Assembly: GCA_002269645.1 (NCBI GenBank)
Contig: NIVC01003009.1
Location: 1 to 64,000, forward strand
DNA length: 64,000 nucleotides
Direction: 5' to 3'
Source of the DNA: Macrostomum lignano
Taxonomy: Eukaryota
In this document: positions 22,992 through 37,184 of the stretch, piece after piece
Layout of the letters: every line of letters begins with the position of its first letter
Position numbering within the stretch: position 1 is the stretch's first letter
The notes under the pieces: model-generated
Told to the model about the DNA's origin: nothing
What the model saw: the letters and a program-made list of their open reading frames with translations, nothing else
Databases searched by the model: none
Translations under genes and position numbers: made by a program

Positions 22992-25034
22992 CCTGCCAGA
23001 GATCTGGTTTCACCAGGTTCCTTGTCAATCTCAATTGAATATTAATTTTAGAATATCGACAATATTTTTCAACACAGCAAATAATGGAGAGCGATTATAG
23101 AGGTGTAGTATAAGTATAGTATAGCTAGCGATACCCGTGACAATCAATATTTAATTTTTTAAGAATTGAAGTCAATAATTTAGGTTAAAAATGAATTCGC
23201 GATTACAGAGAGATTCTTGGAATTTCAATAAGTTGCTTTTATATTTCCAATTTTAAATTTAGTTTAACAAACAATTTTTTACCAAAATGGCATATTAGGC
23301 AGAAAAACTAACACATTTTCAAGACTTTAAATTTTGAACAAAGAAAGAAATATCATTTTTATATGATTTGTCAGTTTTGTTTTAGTAAAGTACCGGGTTC
23401 GTTATAACCGTTTTATTTATGAGTTTTCAATTTTGATTAAAATACAACCTTATAACTTAAGTGCACTTAAACAACATATTATTTTTATAACTTTAAATTC
23501 TTCAAATTGATGCTGCAGCAACAGTGTTTCGTGCGCATAATCAAGCTGAGCATCGTGTATAGCTCTGAAGCTTTAGCGACGTTGATCCAACTTGCAGCTG
23601 AAATCTCGAGTGCTAAACATTAGAAAATCAAATTCAGTCTAACAATAGAAATACTGTAGCAAATAAGTGACGAAGTCTATCTCTCGCGGTTCTAGTAGTC
23701 CTTGTCGTTTTTCAAATCGACAAGGATCAAATAAGGCTGTTCACCCTTAAGTTATTATTACGAATGCTTATTGCTACTGCTAGTAAGTACATGTTGATCA
23801 TTAAACGCTTTTTCATTCATTACTTTTATGGTTGTATTGTAGTCTTTGAGTATAAATCTGTAAGCTTCGGCTTTGTCTGTAATCTTCTAACTCCATGCTG
23901 ACTACTAAATGCATATTTATGTACGTGCAATTAACTATAAATAATAAAGTAGCAATGCGCAGTATAAATGGCTATATGTACATGTAGCGTATACTTTTAT
24001 TAATAGTGTAGATACACGAATTACGACCCCAAAAACTTCGATTCTAGTCTACCATATTGACAAATGTATCTAAAAGGAGATTGATTAGCAAAAATCCAAT
24101 TGCATGCATTTGTTCCCAAATAAAGAAGAGCCTCGATCGCTGATGAAAGTTATAATTAATAGCTCTAAGAAGACGTGGAAATTAAGACTTACCGAAGCAT
24201 CTTGACAACAGCATGCCCTACTCTCAAATGCCAATGTATAGTATCCAGGGACATGGGGGGAGCCAATATCGGGAACATGTGGATTTGCTCGAAATTAATT
24301 AGATGGTAGGTAATTATTAGAAATGCGCCGCCCCGCGTACACCTTTCGCTTCAAAATCGCATATATCAAACATCAATGGCTGTTGCATATGGCCTTGTGC
24401 TAAGCTATAGCACCAGTTTTTCCTCGCCTCCATATATTCGCCCACACCTAAATGTGTGATATGGCGAATATTTCCAGCTCAGATTTCAGGTGCGCGGGCC
24501 CGTCGGCCGCAGCTGCTATTAGCTAAAGATTGCGGCAGGGCCACGCCTACCCTCTATAATGCAGCGACGGGCCCCGTCAAATCGAGCCGATCCGTCGAAG
24601 CGAACCTGTCAAAGCTGACATTCCAGCGAGCGCACCTTGGCGGAGCTGAGACAGCGATAGAGTGAAGTTCCATAACACTTCAGGCTGTGGGCGTGACCGC
24701 ATTGAAATCCGATCGGGGTCTGAAATACAGCATAGATATAGAGTTAGAGCAGGTTCAAAATACCAGGTTCAAAGCCTCTGTAACATTCGAAACAGAATTC
24801 TATGATAAATGTATTTCCTTCGAATTGTGAAAATTTATTAGATTTATTTATTAGATTTCAAGCCTTCCGGCTCTCACTTTTTGGGGGGATTCGTAACTCA
24901 GTTCTTCCCTTATTGATGTGCCATTGTACTCTCTTCTTTTAAAAAGAGAGCTTTTATCTAAGTTGTCAATCTTCCTCCTCCATCTCTTCTTCTTGAGAAT
25001 TCTACTTTCTGCTCTAATTCTCATTCGCCTCTCG

Positions 25035-25810
25035 CCTCTCACTCCCCTCTCACTCTCCCCTTCTCACCCCCTCTCACTCTTTCACTCCCCTCTCACTCTT
25101 TCACTCCCCTCTCACTCTCCCATTCTCACCCCCTCTCCCCTCTCACTCTCCCCTCTCACTCTCCCCTCTCACTCTCCCCTTCTCACCCCCTCTCCCCTCT
25201 CACTCTCCCCTTCTCACCCCCTCTCACTCTTTCACTCCCCTCTCACTCTTTCACTCCCCTCTCACTCTCCCATTCTCACCCCCTCTCACTTTCTCACTCT
25301 CCCCTCTCACTCTCCCATTCTCACCCCCTCTCACTCTTTCACTCCCCTCTCACTCTCCCATTCTCACCCCCTCTCACTCTTTCACTCCCCTCTCACTCTC
25401 CCATTCTCACCCCCTCTCACTTTTTCACTCTCCCCTCTCACTCTCCCATTCTCACCCCCTCTCACTCTTTCACTCCCCTCTCACTCTCCCATTCTCACCC
25501 CCTCTCACTTTTTCACTCTCCCCTCTCACTCTCCCATTCTCACCCCTCTCACTTTTTCACTCTCCCCTCTCACTCTCCCATTCTCACCCCCTCTCACTTT
25601 CTCACTCTCCCCTCTCACGTTCCCCTCTCACTCTCCCCTCTCACTCTCCCCTCTCACTCTCCCCTCTCACTCTCCCTCTCACTCTCCCCTCTCACTCTCC
25701 CCTCTCACTCTCCCCTCTCACTTTCCCTTCTCACTCTCCCCCCTCTCACTCTCTCCCCTCTCCCTCCCCCTCTCACTCTCTCCCCTCTCACTTTCTTTCC
25801 TCTTACACTC
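25035..25810. repeat. CT-rich degenerate minisatellite (CTCTCACTCTCCCCT-like)
   Basis: Pyrimidine-rich tandem periodicity. Confidence 0.9.
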
Positions 25811-26329
25811 CCCCTCTCACTCCGCCTCGCTCACCTCTCATCCAAAGCAATATGTGGTGGAAGCTTGGCAGCCTTTTATTCTTTGCACAGTTTTGTCACA
25901 AGATCTGAACTCCGCCAACGCCTATCAATACTGAACAGCTGAAGAAGCGTGAGTACAGGATTAGCCGTTTCTGCTGAAAGTTGATCCATGTCCAAGCAAG
26001 CAAAGATGAGTATGCATTAACTCAGTGACAGATCTCAGCGAAAATCATCTATCTAAGCTCGTATCCTCAAAGTCACGCAAATAATTTTCGAGCTTTAATA
26101 ATCCTGAATGAAGCGATCAAATGAGTGGATACTGCAGGAAACTGGAAACCGATGGAAATAGCTGTCAATTTTTTTTACCTTTCACTTTACACTTGGCGCT
26201 GGGTGTGGCCTGCTGTGCGCATCAATCATCGCTGCTGAGACTGGGGAAATGAGGCGAGCCACTCCCACACTGAAAGCTGCGAGCATTATCGCTTGAGTTG
26301 TCGTGACTGCAGTAGTTTACCGCATAGGA

Positions 26330-26880
26330 TCAGCATTTGGCCATAGACAATAGGATCAGCATGGGCCATAGACAATAGAATAACCTTTGGCCATAGACAC
26401 TAGGATAAGCATTGGCCAGACACTAGGATCAGCATGGGCCAGACACTAGGATCAGCATGGGCCATAGACAATAGAATAACCTTTGGCCATAGACACTAGG
26501 ATCAGCGTTGGACATAAAAAGGATGAAAAACTTGGTCATAGATATGAGCACTGGGTCACAGACACAATGATGTGCACTCGGTCATAGACAATAGGGTGAG
26601 CACTGAGTTATAGACAATAGGATGAGCACTCGGTTATAGACAATATGATGAGCACTCGGTCATAGACAATATGATGAGCACTCGGTCATAGACAATATAG
26701 GATGAGCACTCGATCATAGTCAATATAGGATGAGCACTCGGTCATAGACAATAGGATGAGCACTCGATCATAGACAATATAGGATGAGCATTCGGTCATA
26801 GACAATAGGATGATCACTCGGTAACAGACAAAGGATGAGCACTGAGTCATCAACAATAGGATGATCACTCGGTCACAGAC
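26330..26880. repeat. Degenerate 26-28-bp minisatellite (GATGAGCACTCGGTCATAGACAATAG)
   Basis: Tandem units with progressive divergence. Confidence 0.88.
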
Positions 26881-27769
26881 ACCCCTACTCAACGCAGTCT
26901 TCATTTACGCTAACGCTAACAGATCCGACTATAGGTTCGAATTCATAAAAATTGTATTCCCGGGAATTCCTCCCACGCACATGTTGCTCACAGATGCAAA
27001 CCGAGCGCGCACCTATTCAGAGGAGGGGCCCGCAATAATTAATGAGAACGGTCAGTGGGCAGTGGGTTAGGACTAAGATCTTATGCAGGCGTTGAGGCCC
27101 AGCTGTAGCCATGGAATGCCCCCAGAGCAAGAAAGACAGAAATGGCCGGGCGTCTTCTTCAAGTATTTAGTAACTTTGATCCCCCCTCCCGGTATAAAAT
27201 AGTTTTTATGACCGCTTGTCTCTCTCCCCAGCCCAGCCGCCTAAAGCGGAGTCGACTTTGTGTCCCATGTTGAGCAGAGCAAGCAAGTTTATTGCCTCAT
27301 ATTCCGGGCATAAGCGGGCGGCTAGTTGTATAACTTGAGCTCAAAGACCAGTTCAAAGAGGACCCGGCTATAACGCTTGCACCCACCCGCCCATATACCG
27401 CAGCTTGTGTTTCCACCTTGGCAACCAAAATTGCTATTCGAGTTCGACTATAAAGAAGGGTGCGCGAATTGTCAAGTTCCCGTTTGTCCTAACAGGAAAC
27501 GGGATCTGGGTTATATTGTATTATACAGGAACGTATGTAAAGGTGCAGCCGAGAGATTTCCGTGAGACGTGAATGCTCACCACCACCTGCGATTGCCTGT
27601 GCTGCCTATGCTGCTATAAAACCCATGCTTCTACTGCTATCTGAAATGCTAGAGTAACGGCATTTGCATAAAATCATTCCATCACCACGGCATGCATTTG
27701 CACAAAAAGCTATACCGATTCTGAATTGGCCCCAAAGCCTAAACTTTACAATACCCTCATTCATAAACA

Positions 27770-28215
27770 CCCCAACTTCACAACACACCAACTTCACAAC
27801 ACCCCAACTTCACAACACACCAACTTTACAACATCCAACTTTACAACATCCCAATTTTACAACACTCTAACTTGACAAGTACCCCAAATTCACAACACCC
27901 AACTTCACAACACACCAACTTCACAACACCCCAACTTCACAACACCCTAACTTCACAACACCCCAACTTCACAACACCCTAACTTCACAACACCCCAACT
28001 TCACAACACCCCAACTTCACAACACCCCAACTTCACAACACCCCAACTTCACAACACACCAACTTCACAACACCCCAACTTCACAACACCCTAACTTCAC
28101 AACACCCCAACTTCACAACGCCCTAACTTCACAACGCCCTAACTTCACAACACACCAACTTTACAACATCCCAACTTTACAACACTCTAACTTGACAAGT
28201 ACCCCAAATTCACAA
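27770..28215. repeat. 17-bp minisatellite (ACACCCCAACTTCACAA)
   Basis: Tandem periodicity. Confidence 0.92.
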
Positions 28216-29185
28216 AACCAAACTTCTTAAACTTTCAGCTCACAAATGAGTTTACACTCGGTTCCCAGTCTAATACAATACAGTTAGATTAGAAGGAAGT
28301 CCAATAGCTTGCAAACCCTTGCATATTCGGTGATCAGACAAGCATTTTTACACGCTATGCGGTTGTCCAGTTATATTTTGCCTTCGCAAAGACACTTATA
28401 CTGCACAACACTGTCTGTGTCAGCTCAAACTGCATTATACATAGTTTATAAGTATTGATAAGCTACTATAGTCACAATAATAGAGGCAGTGCAGCAGGGG
28501 GGAGTGGGTTCCGGGGCTTCAGTTGTTGCTATAGTTGTTAAGGGATAATTCTAAGCCAAACAGTTTTCATAATTCCCCACCAATATAATCCAGTTACACA
28601 ATTGGCGTGTGCACTGTAAGAATTCTGCAGCTTTTAATTTCATATAGTCTTGGGGGTAAGAAAAGGGAAAGAGTGGCAAACTTTAAACCCTCTATGCACC
28701 ACCCCCACCCACTAACTCATGGAGACTTAAAAGTTAATAGCGCGTAGCAACACGCCCCCCCCCTGCAGACTGCAGGCCATGCACAACAGTTATGTAAATG
28801 ATTAGTTTTGTAACTTCTTAACTTTCAATTCGATTCAATATAAGCAGCGAAGAAGCACAGTTTAATACTTAATTCCGCGGTCAACTACCCCCGGGGCCAG
28901 TATAACTATCGGGGCATGTAAGAAAGCAGATAGATATGCATAAACACATTTATGAGCCATATAGGGCTCCCTATTGCCATATACTGATCGATGCTAATAA
29001 AAGCAGCTAGATGGCAGCAAGAAAAAAGTTACTTTTTTGAGCCCGACAATTTCAATATCTTTCTCTTATGAGTAGTTGAACCTTTGCCAACACTTTTCAC
29101 TCAATTGTAGCTAGCAGAAGTAACGGAGTCGAGACTTGTACTGCTCGTCCTTATCCTTCTGCTCCAATAATGCTGCTCTCAGTAC

Positions 29186-29402
29186 CAGGGACGCCGTTAC
29201 CAGGGGGGACTGGGGGACATGCCCCCCCCCCCCAGTAAAAGCTATGGGGGACATGCCAATTCTTTGTCCCTCACCCCACCTTATGACCCGTTGTTGAAAT
29301 CAATAATTGCGCTCCAGGGCTCCAAAATGAGTGCCAAAAATGTATACATGTAGAATTCTTGGCTTTGTCACTCCACCATAAAGTCCCTGACGACGCTCCT
29401 GG
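29186..29402. mobile_element. hAT-like MITE, about 217 bp
   Basis: Imperfect TIRs (CAGGGACGCCGT... / ...ACGACGCTCCTGG) flanked by the 8-bp direct repeat CTCAGTAC (29178-29185 and 29403-29410). The ends are asymmetric by 1 nt. Confidence 0.55.
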
Positions 29403-29454
29403 CTCAGTACAAAGTTAAACGAATGAGACTTCAGGATCGCCAAATCAAAACGGA

Positions 29455-32400
29455 CTTTGAGAGGCGCCAAAACAGACCATGATTGAGGCGCCAGCTAGAT
29501 TGTTGAGGCGCCAAAACAGATCATGATGGAGGCGCCAAAACCGACCATGATTGTGGCGCCAAAACCGACCATGATGGAGGCGCCAAAACCGACCATGATT
29601 GTGGCGCCAAAACCGACCATGATGGAGGCGCCAAAACAGACCATTATAGAGACTATTAAGGCGCCAAAACAGACCATGATAGGGGGGGGGAGGTTCACAA
29701 ACTCGAAATTTCACTAGGTCGAAATTTCATAACGTCGAAAACTCAAATAGCAACCACTTTCACAATGTCGAAACTTCACAAGGTCGAAATTTCACAACAT
29801 CGAAAACTACTGTATGGTTCTTGTTATATTAAATTTTCGACGTTGTGAAATTTCGAGCTAATGAAGTTTCGATTTTGTGAAAGTGGCTGCTACTTGAGTT
29901 TTCGATGTTATGAAATTTTGACCTAGTGAAATTTCGACTTTATGAAATCTCTTGCTAGAGTTTTCGGTGTTGTGAAATTTCGATCTTGTGAAATTTCGAC
30001 CTTGTGAAATAATTTACTTTTCGACGTTGTGAAATAATTTACTTTTCGACGTTGTGAAATTTCGACCTTGTGAAATAATTTACTTTTCGACGTTGTGAAA
30101 TTTCGACCTTGTGGAAGTACCCGCATGATAGAGACGCCAGCCAGATTATTGAGGCGCCAAAACAGACCATATGATGGAGGCGCCAAAACAGACCATATGA
30201 TGGAGGCGCCAAAACAGACCATATGATGGAGGCGCCAAAACAGACCATATGATGGAGGCGCCAAAACAGACCATATGATGGAGGCGCCAAAACAGACCAT
30301 ATGATGGAGGCGCCAAAACAGACCATATGATGGAGGCGCCAAAACAGACCATATGATGGAGGCGCCAAAACAGACCATGATGGAGGCGCCAAAACAGACC
30401 ATGATGGAGGCGCCAAAACAGACCATGATGGAGGCGCCAAAACAGACCATGATGGAGGCGCCAAAACAGACCATGATGGAGGCGCCGAAACAGACCATTA
30501 TAGAGGCGCCAACTAGATTATTGAGGCGCCAAAACAGACCATGATGGAGGCGCCAAAACAGACCATGATGGAGGTGCCAAAACAGACCATTATAGAGACG
30601 CCAGCCAGATTATTGAGGCGCCAAAACAGACCATATGATGGAGGCGCCAAAACAGACCATATGATGGAGGCGCCAAAACAGACCATATGATGGAGGCGCC
30701 AAAACAGACCATATGATGGAGGCGCCAAAACAGACCATGATGGAGGCGCCAAAACAGACCATGATGGAGGCGCCAAAACAGACCATGATGGAGGCGCCAA
30801 AACAGACCATGATGGAGGCGCCAAAACAGACCATGATGGAGGTGCCAAAACAGACCATGATGGAGGCGCCGAAACAGACCATTATAGAGGCGCCAACTAG
30901 ATTATTGAGGCGCCAAAACAGACCATGATGGAGGCGCCAAAACAGACCATGATGGAGGTGCCAAAACAGACCATTATAGAGACGCCAACTAGATTATTGA
31001 GGCGCCAAAACAGACCATGATGGAGGCGCCAAAACAGACCATGATGGAGGTGCCAAAACAGACCATTATAGAGACGCCAGCTAGATTATTGAGGCGCCAA
31101 AACAGACCATTATAGAGACGCCAGCTAGATTATTGAGGCGCCAAAACAGACCATTATAGAGACGCCAAAACAGACCATGATGGAGGCGCCAAACAGACCA
31201 TGATGGAGGCGCCAACTAGATTATTGAGGCGCCAAAACAGACCATGATGGAGGCGCCAAAACAGACCATGATGGAGGCGCCAAAACAGACCATTATAGAG
31301 GCGTCAAAACCAACCATGATGGAGGCGCCAAAACAGACCATGATGGAGGCGCCAACTAGATTATTGAGGCGCCAAAACAGACCATGATGGAGGCGCCAAA
31401 ACAGACCATTATAGAGGCGCCAACTAGATTATTGAGGCGCCAAAACAGACCATGATGGAGGCGCCAAAACAGACCATTATAGAGGCGCCAACTAGATTAT
31501 TGAGGCGCCAAAACAGACCATTATAGAGACGCCAAAACAGACCAATGATGGAGGCGCCAAAACAGACCATGATGGAGGCGCCAAAACAGACCATGATGGA
31601 GGCGCCAAAACAGACCATGATGCAGGCGCCAAAACAGACCATGATGCAGGCGCCAAAACAGACCATGATGGAGGCGCCAAAACAGACCATGATGCAGGCG
31701 CCAAAACAGACCATCATGATGGAGGCGCCAAAACAGACCATATGATGGAGGCGCCAAAACAGACCATATGATGGAGGCGCCAAAACAGACCATATGATGG
31801 AGGCGCCAAAACAGACCATATGATGGAGGCGCCAAAACAGACCATGATGGAGGCGCCAAAACAGACCATGATGGAGGCGCCAAAACAGACCATGATGGAG
31901 GCGCCAAAACAGACCATGATGGAGGCGCCAAAACAGACCATGATGGAGGCGCCGAAACAGACCATTATAGAGGCGCCAACTAGATTATTGAGGCGCCAAA
32001 ACAGACCATGATGGAGGCGCCAAAACAGACCATGATGGAGGTGCCAAAACAGACCATTATAGAGACGCCAGCCAGATTATTGAGGCGCCAAAACAGACCA
32101 TATGATGGAGGCGCCAAAACAGACCATATGATGGAGGCGCCAAAACAGACCATATGATGGAGGCGCCAAAACAGACCATATGATGGAGGCGCCAAAACAG
32201 ACCATGATGGAGGCGCCAAAACAGACCATGATGGAGGCGCCAAAACAGACCATGATGGAGGCGCCAAAACAGACCATGATGGAGGCGCCAAAACAGACCA
32301 TGATGGAGGTGCCAAAACAGACCATGATGGAGGCGCCGAAACAGACCATTATAGAGGCGCCAACTAGATTATTGAGGCGCCAAAACAGACCATGATGGAG

Positions 32401-33330
32401 GCGCCAAAACAGACCATGATGGAGGTGCCAAAACAGACCATTATAGAGACGCCAACTAGATTATTGAGGCGCCAAAACAGACCATGATGGAGGCGCCAAA
32501 ACAGACCATGATGGAGGTGCCAAAACAGACCATTATAGAGACGCCAGCTAGATTATTGAGGCGCCAAAACAGACCATTATAGAGACGCCAGCTAGATTAT
32601 TGAGGCGCCAAAACAGACCATTATAGAGACGCCAAAACAGACCATGATGGAGGCGCCAAACAGACCATGATGGAGGCGCCAACTAGATTATTGAGGCGCC
32701 AAAACAGACCATGATGGAGGCGCCAAAACAGACCATGATGGAGGCGCCAAAACAGACCATTATAGAGGCGTCAAAACCAACCATGATGGAGGCGCCAAAA
32801 CAGACCATGATGGAGGCGCCAACTAGATTATTGAGGCGCCAAAACAGACCATGATGGAGGCGCCAAAACAGACCATTATAGAGGCGCCAACTAGATTATT
32901 GAGGCGCCAAAACAGACCATGATGGAGGCGCCAAAACAGACCATTATAGAGGCGCCAACTAGATTATTGAGGCGCCAAAACAGACCATTATAGAGACGCC
33001 AAAACAGACCAATGATGGAGGCGCCAAAACAGACCATGATGGAGGCGCCAAAACAGACCATGATGGAGGCGCCAAAACAGACCATGATGCAGGCGCCAAA
33101 ACAGACCATGATGCAGGCGCCAAAACAGACCATGATGGAGGCGCCAAAACAGACCATGATGCAGGCGCCAAAACAGACCATCATGATGGAGGCGCCAAAA
33201 CAGACCATGATGCAGGCGCCAAAACAGACCATCATGATGGAGGCGCCAAAACAGACCATGATAGAGGCGCCAAAACAGACCATGATTGAGGCGCCAAAAC
33301 AGACCATGATTGAGGCGCCAGCTAGAATAT
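29455..33330. repeat. 24-bp satellite (GAGGCGCCAAAACAGACCATGATG) with a 1467-bp higher-order duplication
   Basis: Tandem periodicity. Track ORFs recur at offset 1467 (30353/31820, 30513/31980, 31424/32891, 31545/33012). Confidence 0.96.
29682..30123. mobile_element. Foldback/MITE-like element inserted in the 24-bp satellite
   Basis: About 104-bp inverted arms (29703-29806 and 29834-29937) built from TGTGAAATTTCGAC-type subrepeats. Flanked by CATGATA at 29675-29681 and 30124-30130. Confidence 0.6.
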
Positions 33331-34429
33331 TGAGGCGCAAAAAATGAAATGTCATGTTTTCCAGAAACTTTAGTAACACACTGTGCACAAAATACAATAC
33401 AATAAATGGTCAGAACATACAAGAAATTTTATAAAGCATCATCCGTCTAAGCACATTAGAAAAAAACCTGCTCAAATCCCACGCACACAGATGATGGAGA
33501 TTTCTTCCATTCCATGCATGCAGCCAACGGTCGATAGTTGGGATGGGGATATTGTCAATGCGCGCATGCCGCTGCAGGTCTCAGGATTGAATAGGGGGGG
33601 ATGACTGACTCTTCGAAGAGGACGCATATGGTTGGCATTGTTAAGCTGCAGGATTCAGAACAGTTATATAGTTAAAGCCCCAAGGAGTCTTCACTATTCA
33701 ACAGCATGCGGTGTATAGGATGCCACTTGCCACGCTAGACGGCTTATTGTGCACCGAGTTAAGGGAAGACTCAATCTTAACAACAGGTGTGAAATCTGCC
33801 CGGCATTGTATGGCTATGCCATGTTGCATTGTGATGATGGAACTTTTTTGGACAGTATAGCAGAGAGGAGACAACTCAATTCATTGTCAGCTAATTGCTT
33901 GCTGCTTGCAAAGAAGAGAATTGGATTTGTCTTGAGCTGCTGCTTACCATGGCTTGAATAGAATTCCGCATGCATGTGTAGCATAGAACTGCTTCTGCTG
34001 CTGCTGCTAGGCCAACTGTATTAGCGGGGAGCGAAAGCATTGCTTGCTTGAGGATTCACTTTGCTTTGCACTGGGCCGTTCACTCATATACGGTATACGG
34101 TGGCTGCTACACCTCTATGCTTTACAAGAAAATAGAAGCAATTCTTGCTGGTCTGCAACAAGGGGGGGTTGAAGCGACCGCATGTGTGAGCAGAGCTCAT
34201 GCCATGCGGTTATGCTTCATCGATTCTGCTCTTGCAGCACCGCGGCATGCGGGTGCAGTCGCATATGGTCTGGCATAAGATTGTGTGAGGCTAACTCGCT
34301 GCATGCGGCATGCAGACTTGCTGAATTTAAGCCTGCCTTGCTAATCACTAATCTTGTGGAACTCTTAAGAGTCTCAGTCCTAAATTCTCCCCTTTGTTTT
34401 TCCTTCTCTCAGCAAGTTGGCTCAATCAG

Positions 34430-35790
34430 CTGACTCTCACACTCTCACCCATGTCTCACTCATCTCTGGCCCACTCACCCATGTCTCACTCATCTCTGGC
34501 CTTCTCACCCATGTCTCACTCATCTCTGGCCCTCTCACTCTCACCCATGTCTCACTCATCTCTGGCCCTCTCACTCTCACCCATGTCTCACTCATCTCTG
34601 GCCCACTCACCCATGTCTCACTCATCTCTGGCCCTCTCACTCTCACCCATGTCTCACTCATCTCTGGCCCTCTCACTCTCACCCATGTCTCACTCATCTC
34701 TGGCCCACTCACCCATGTCTCACTCATCTCTGGCCCTCTCACTCTCACTCATGTCTCACTCATCTCTGGCCCTCTCACTCTCACCCATGTCTCACTCATC
34801 TCTGGCCCACTCACCCATGTCTCACTCATCTCTGACCCTCTCACTCTCACCCATGTCTCACTCATCTCTGGCCCTCTCACTCTCACCCATGTCTCACTCA
34901 TCTCTGGCCCTCTCACTCTCACCCATGTCTCACTCATCTCTGACCCTCTCACTCTCACCCATGTCTCACTCATCTCTGGCCCTCTCACTCTCACCCATGT
35001 CTCACTCATCTCTGGCCCTCTCACTCTCACCCATGTCTCACTCATCTCTGGCCCTCTCACTCTCACCCATGTCTCACTCATCTCTGGCCCACTCACCCAT
35101 GTCTCACTCATCTCTGGCCCTCTCACTCTCACCCATGTCTCACTCATCTCTGGCCCTCTCACTCTCACCCATGTCTCACTCATCTCTGGCCCACTCACCC
35201 ATGTCTCACTCATCTCTGACCCTCTCACTCTCACCCATGTCTCACTCATCTCTGGCCCTCTCACTCTCACCCATGTCTCACTCATCTCTGGCCCTCTCAC
35301 TCTCACCCATGTCTCACTCATCTCTGGCCCTCTCACTCTCACCCATGCCTCACTCATCTCTGACCCTCTCACTCTCACCCATGTCTCACTCATCTCTGAC
35401 CCTCTCACTCTCACCCATGTCTCACTCATCTCTGGCCCTCTCACTCTCACCCAATGTCTCACTCATTTCTGACCCTCTCACTCCCACCCATGTCTCACTC
35501 ATCTCTGACCCTCTCACTCTCACCCAATGTCTCACTCATTTCTGACCCTCTCACTCCCACCCATGTCTCACTCATCTCTGGCCCTCTCACTCTCACCCAT
35601 GTCTCACTCATCTGACCCTCTCACTCTCACCCATGTCTCACTCATCTCTGGCCCTCTCACCAATGTCTCACTCATCTCTGGCCCTCTCACCAATGTCTCA
35701 CTCATTTCTGACCCTCTCACTCTCACCCATGTCTCACTCATTTCTGACCCTCTCACTCCCACCCAATGTCTCACTCATCTCTGACCCTCT
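34430..35790. repeat. 36/30-bp minisatellite (CCCATGTCTCACTCATCTCTGGCCCTCTCACTCTCA)
   Basis: Tandem periodicity. Confidence 0.95.
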
Positions 35791-37184
35791 CACAGCTAAA
35801 AGTATAGTTCAATCAATATATATACAATTATTCACTCATGCAAGCACATATCCACACCTGCATTAAAATGAATAAAATCTTCTCACATCAATTCTTGCAT
35901 TTAGCAAACTTTCTATCGAGCCCCATGCTATATGCTGAGTATATATAGACAATCAATATTACTCGTTATACCACCTGCATGATAAATTTAGGCAGCTTGT
36001 CATGCAGGCAGGCAAACTTTTATCATTCAAATATAAAAAAATATGAAAAGAAGAAACATTTTAAGATGTGCATCAAAGTCGAGACAGAACGAAACAATCC
36101 CGGCGGGCGGTCTAAGCAGCGCGTGCGCGGGGAAAGTGGCATGATGGTTGCCTTAGCAAATCATTGCATCGAGTATGCGGGCATATTCATAATAGTTAAT
36201 AAGCCATATATATATATATATAATACACACAGCGAATTGGGTGAAGAGTTTGAAGAGTGAATGGAGGAATCTTTTATATTCCAGATTTAAAAAAAGAAAG
36301 TGGTTTTGCTGCTTTGCGCGGGTGAGGGGTGGGTGTTAAGCGAGAGACTCTACAGCTCCGTCTCGGAAAGCTGGGAAGGTATGCAGCTCAATTGAGGAGA
36401 AGAATGACAGAAACAGAGGGCTGGGGGTGGGGGTCAAACAAAAAATTAGGCTTCTCAATTGAGACTTCCTCTTCCCTTGCATCCTGAAGCTTATTGTGTG
36501 AAAATCCCATGCAGCTACTCCCTCTAAACTCCTCCCCTTCCATGCCTTTGGTCCCGCCTCAGTGCAGCCGAGACTGTTTTGCAAAGCGAGAGTTTTTTAA
36601 AATAGAAAACACCTATTACCTTCCTCTTTACCTGTCAGGCAGACCCTCCATCATCGTTGGGTCATATTTTGATACGCAAAAACTGAAAACAGACAGATCA
36701 GCAGGCCTGAATGTTTCTCTATACTCCCATCTCAAATTTCTTCTCTCCATTCTTTCATATTTTCACCTGTCATCTCCCAACTCATCTCTCATCTCAACTA
36801 TCCTCTCATCTCCCTTCTCCTCTCTCCTTTCCTCTCTCATCAGGCCCGCCCGCTCACGCGGCCATGAGCTGGCCCTTAAGGTAAAAAAGTTTGTGGACAC
36901 CCCTGGCCCTGTTCTAGAGTTTCATGATTGATGTACAGTTATCATAGGCTACTGGATAACATACATTGCAACTGTGGGGTATTGATGATTCCGCTGATAA
37001 CGATTACGATTTGAAACAGATGGTGGTGGCAGGCGAGAACGCATCTCGGGGGGGCGGCTAAAAAATAAAGGAGAAATAAAGAAATCCACTTGCGGTAGGG
37101 GGGGGGGCTGATTTAGCGGGCCGCCTCAGCATAGACAGTGGGGGTGGATTTGGTTAGACTGCTAAAATTGCGTGTGGTTCGCGG

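Noticed and set aside
19533-33330. Regular 24-46-bp repeats as CRISPR arrays
   Set aside because: The units are directly adjacent with no unique spacers, there are no cas genes, and the context is eukaryotic.
36860-36910. hAT/Charlie-like end AAAAAGTTTGTGGACACCCCTG
   Set aside because: No matching left terminus or TSD found.
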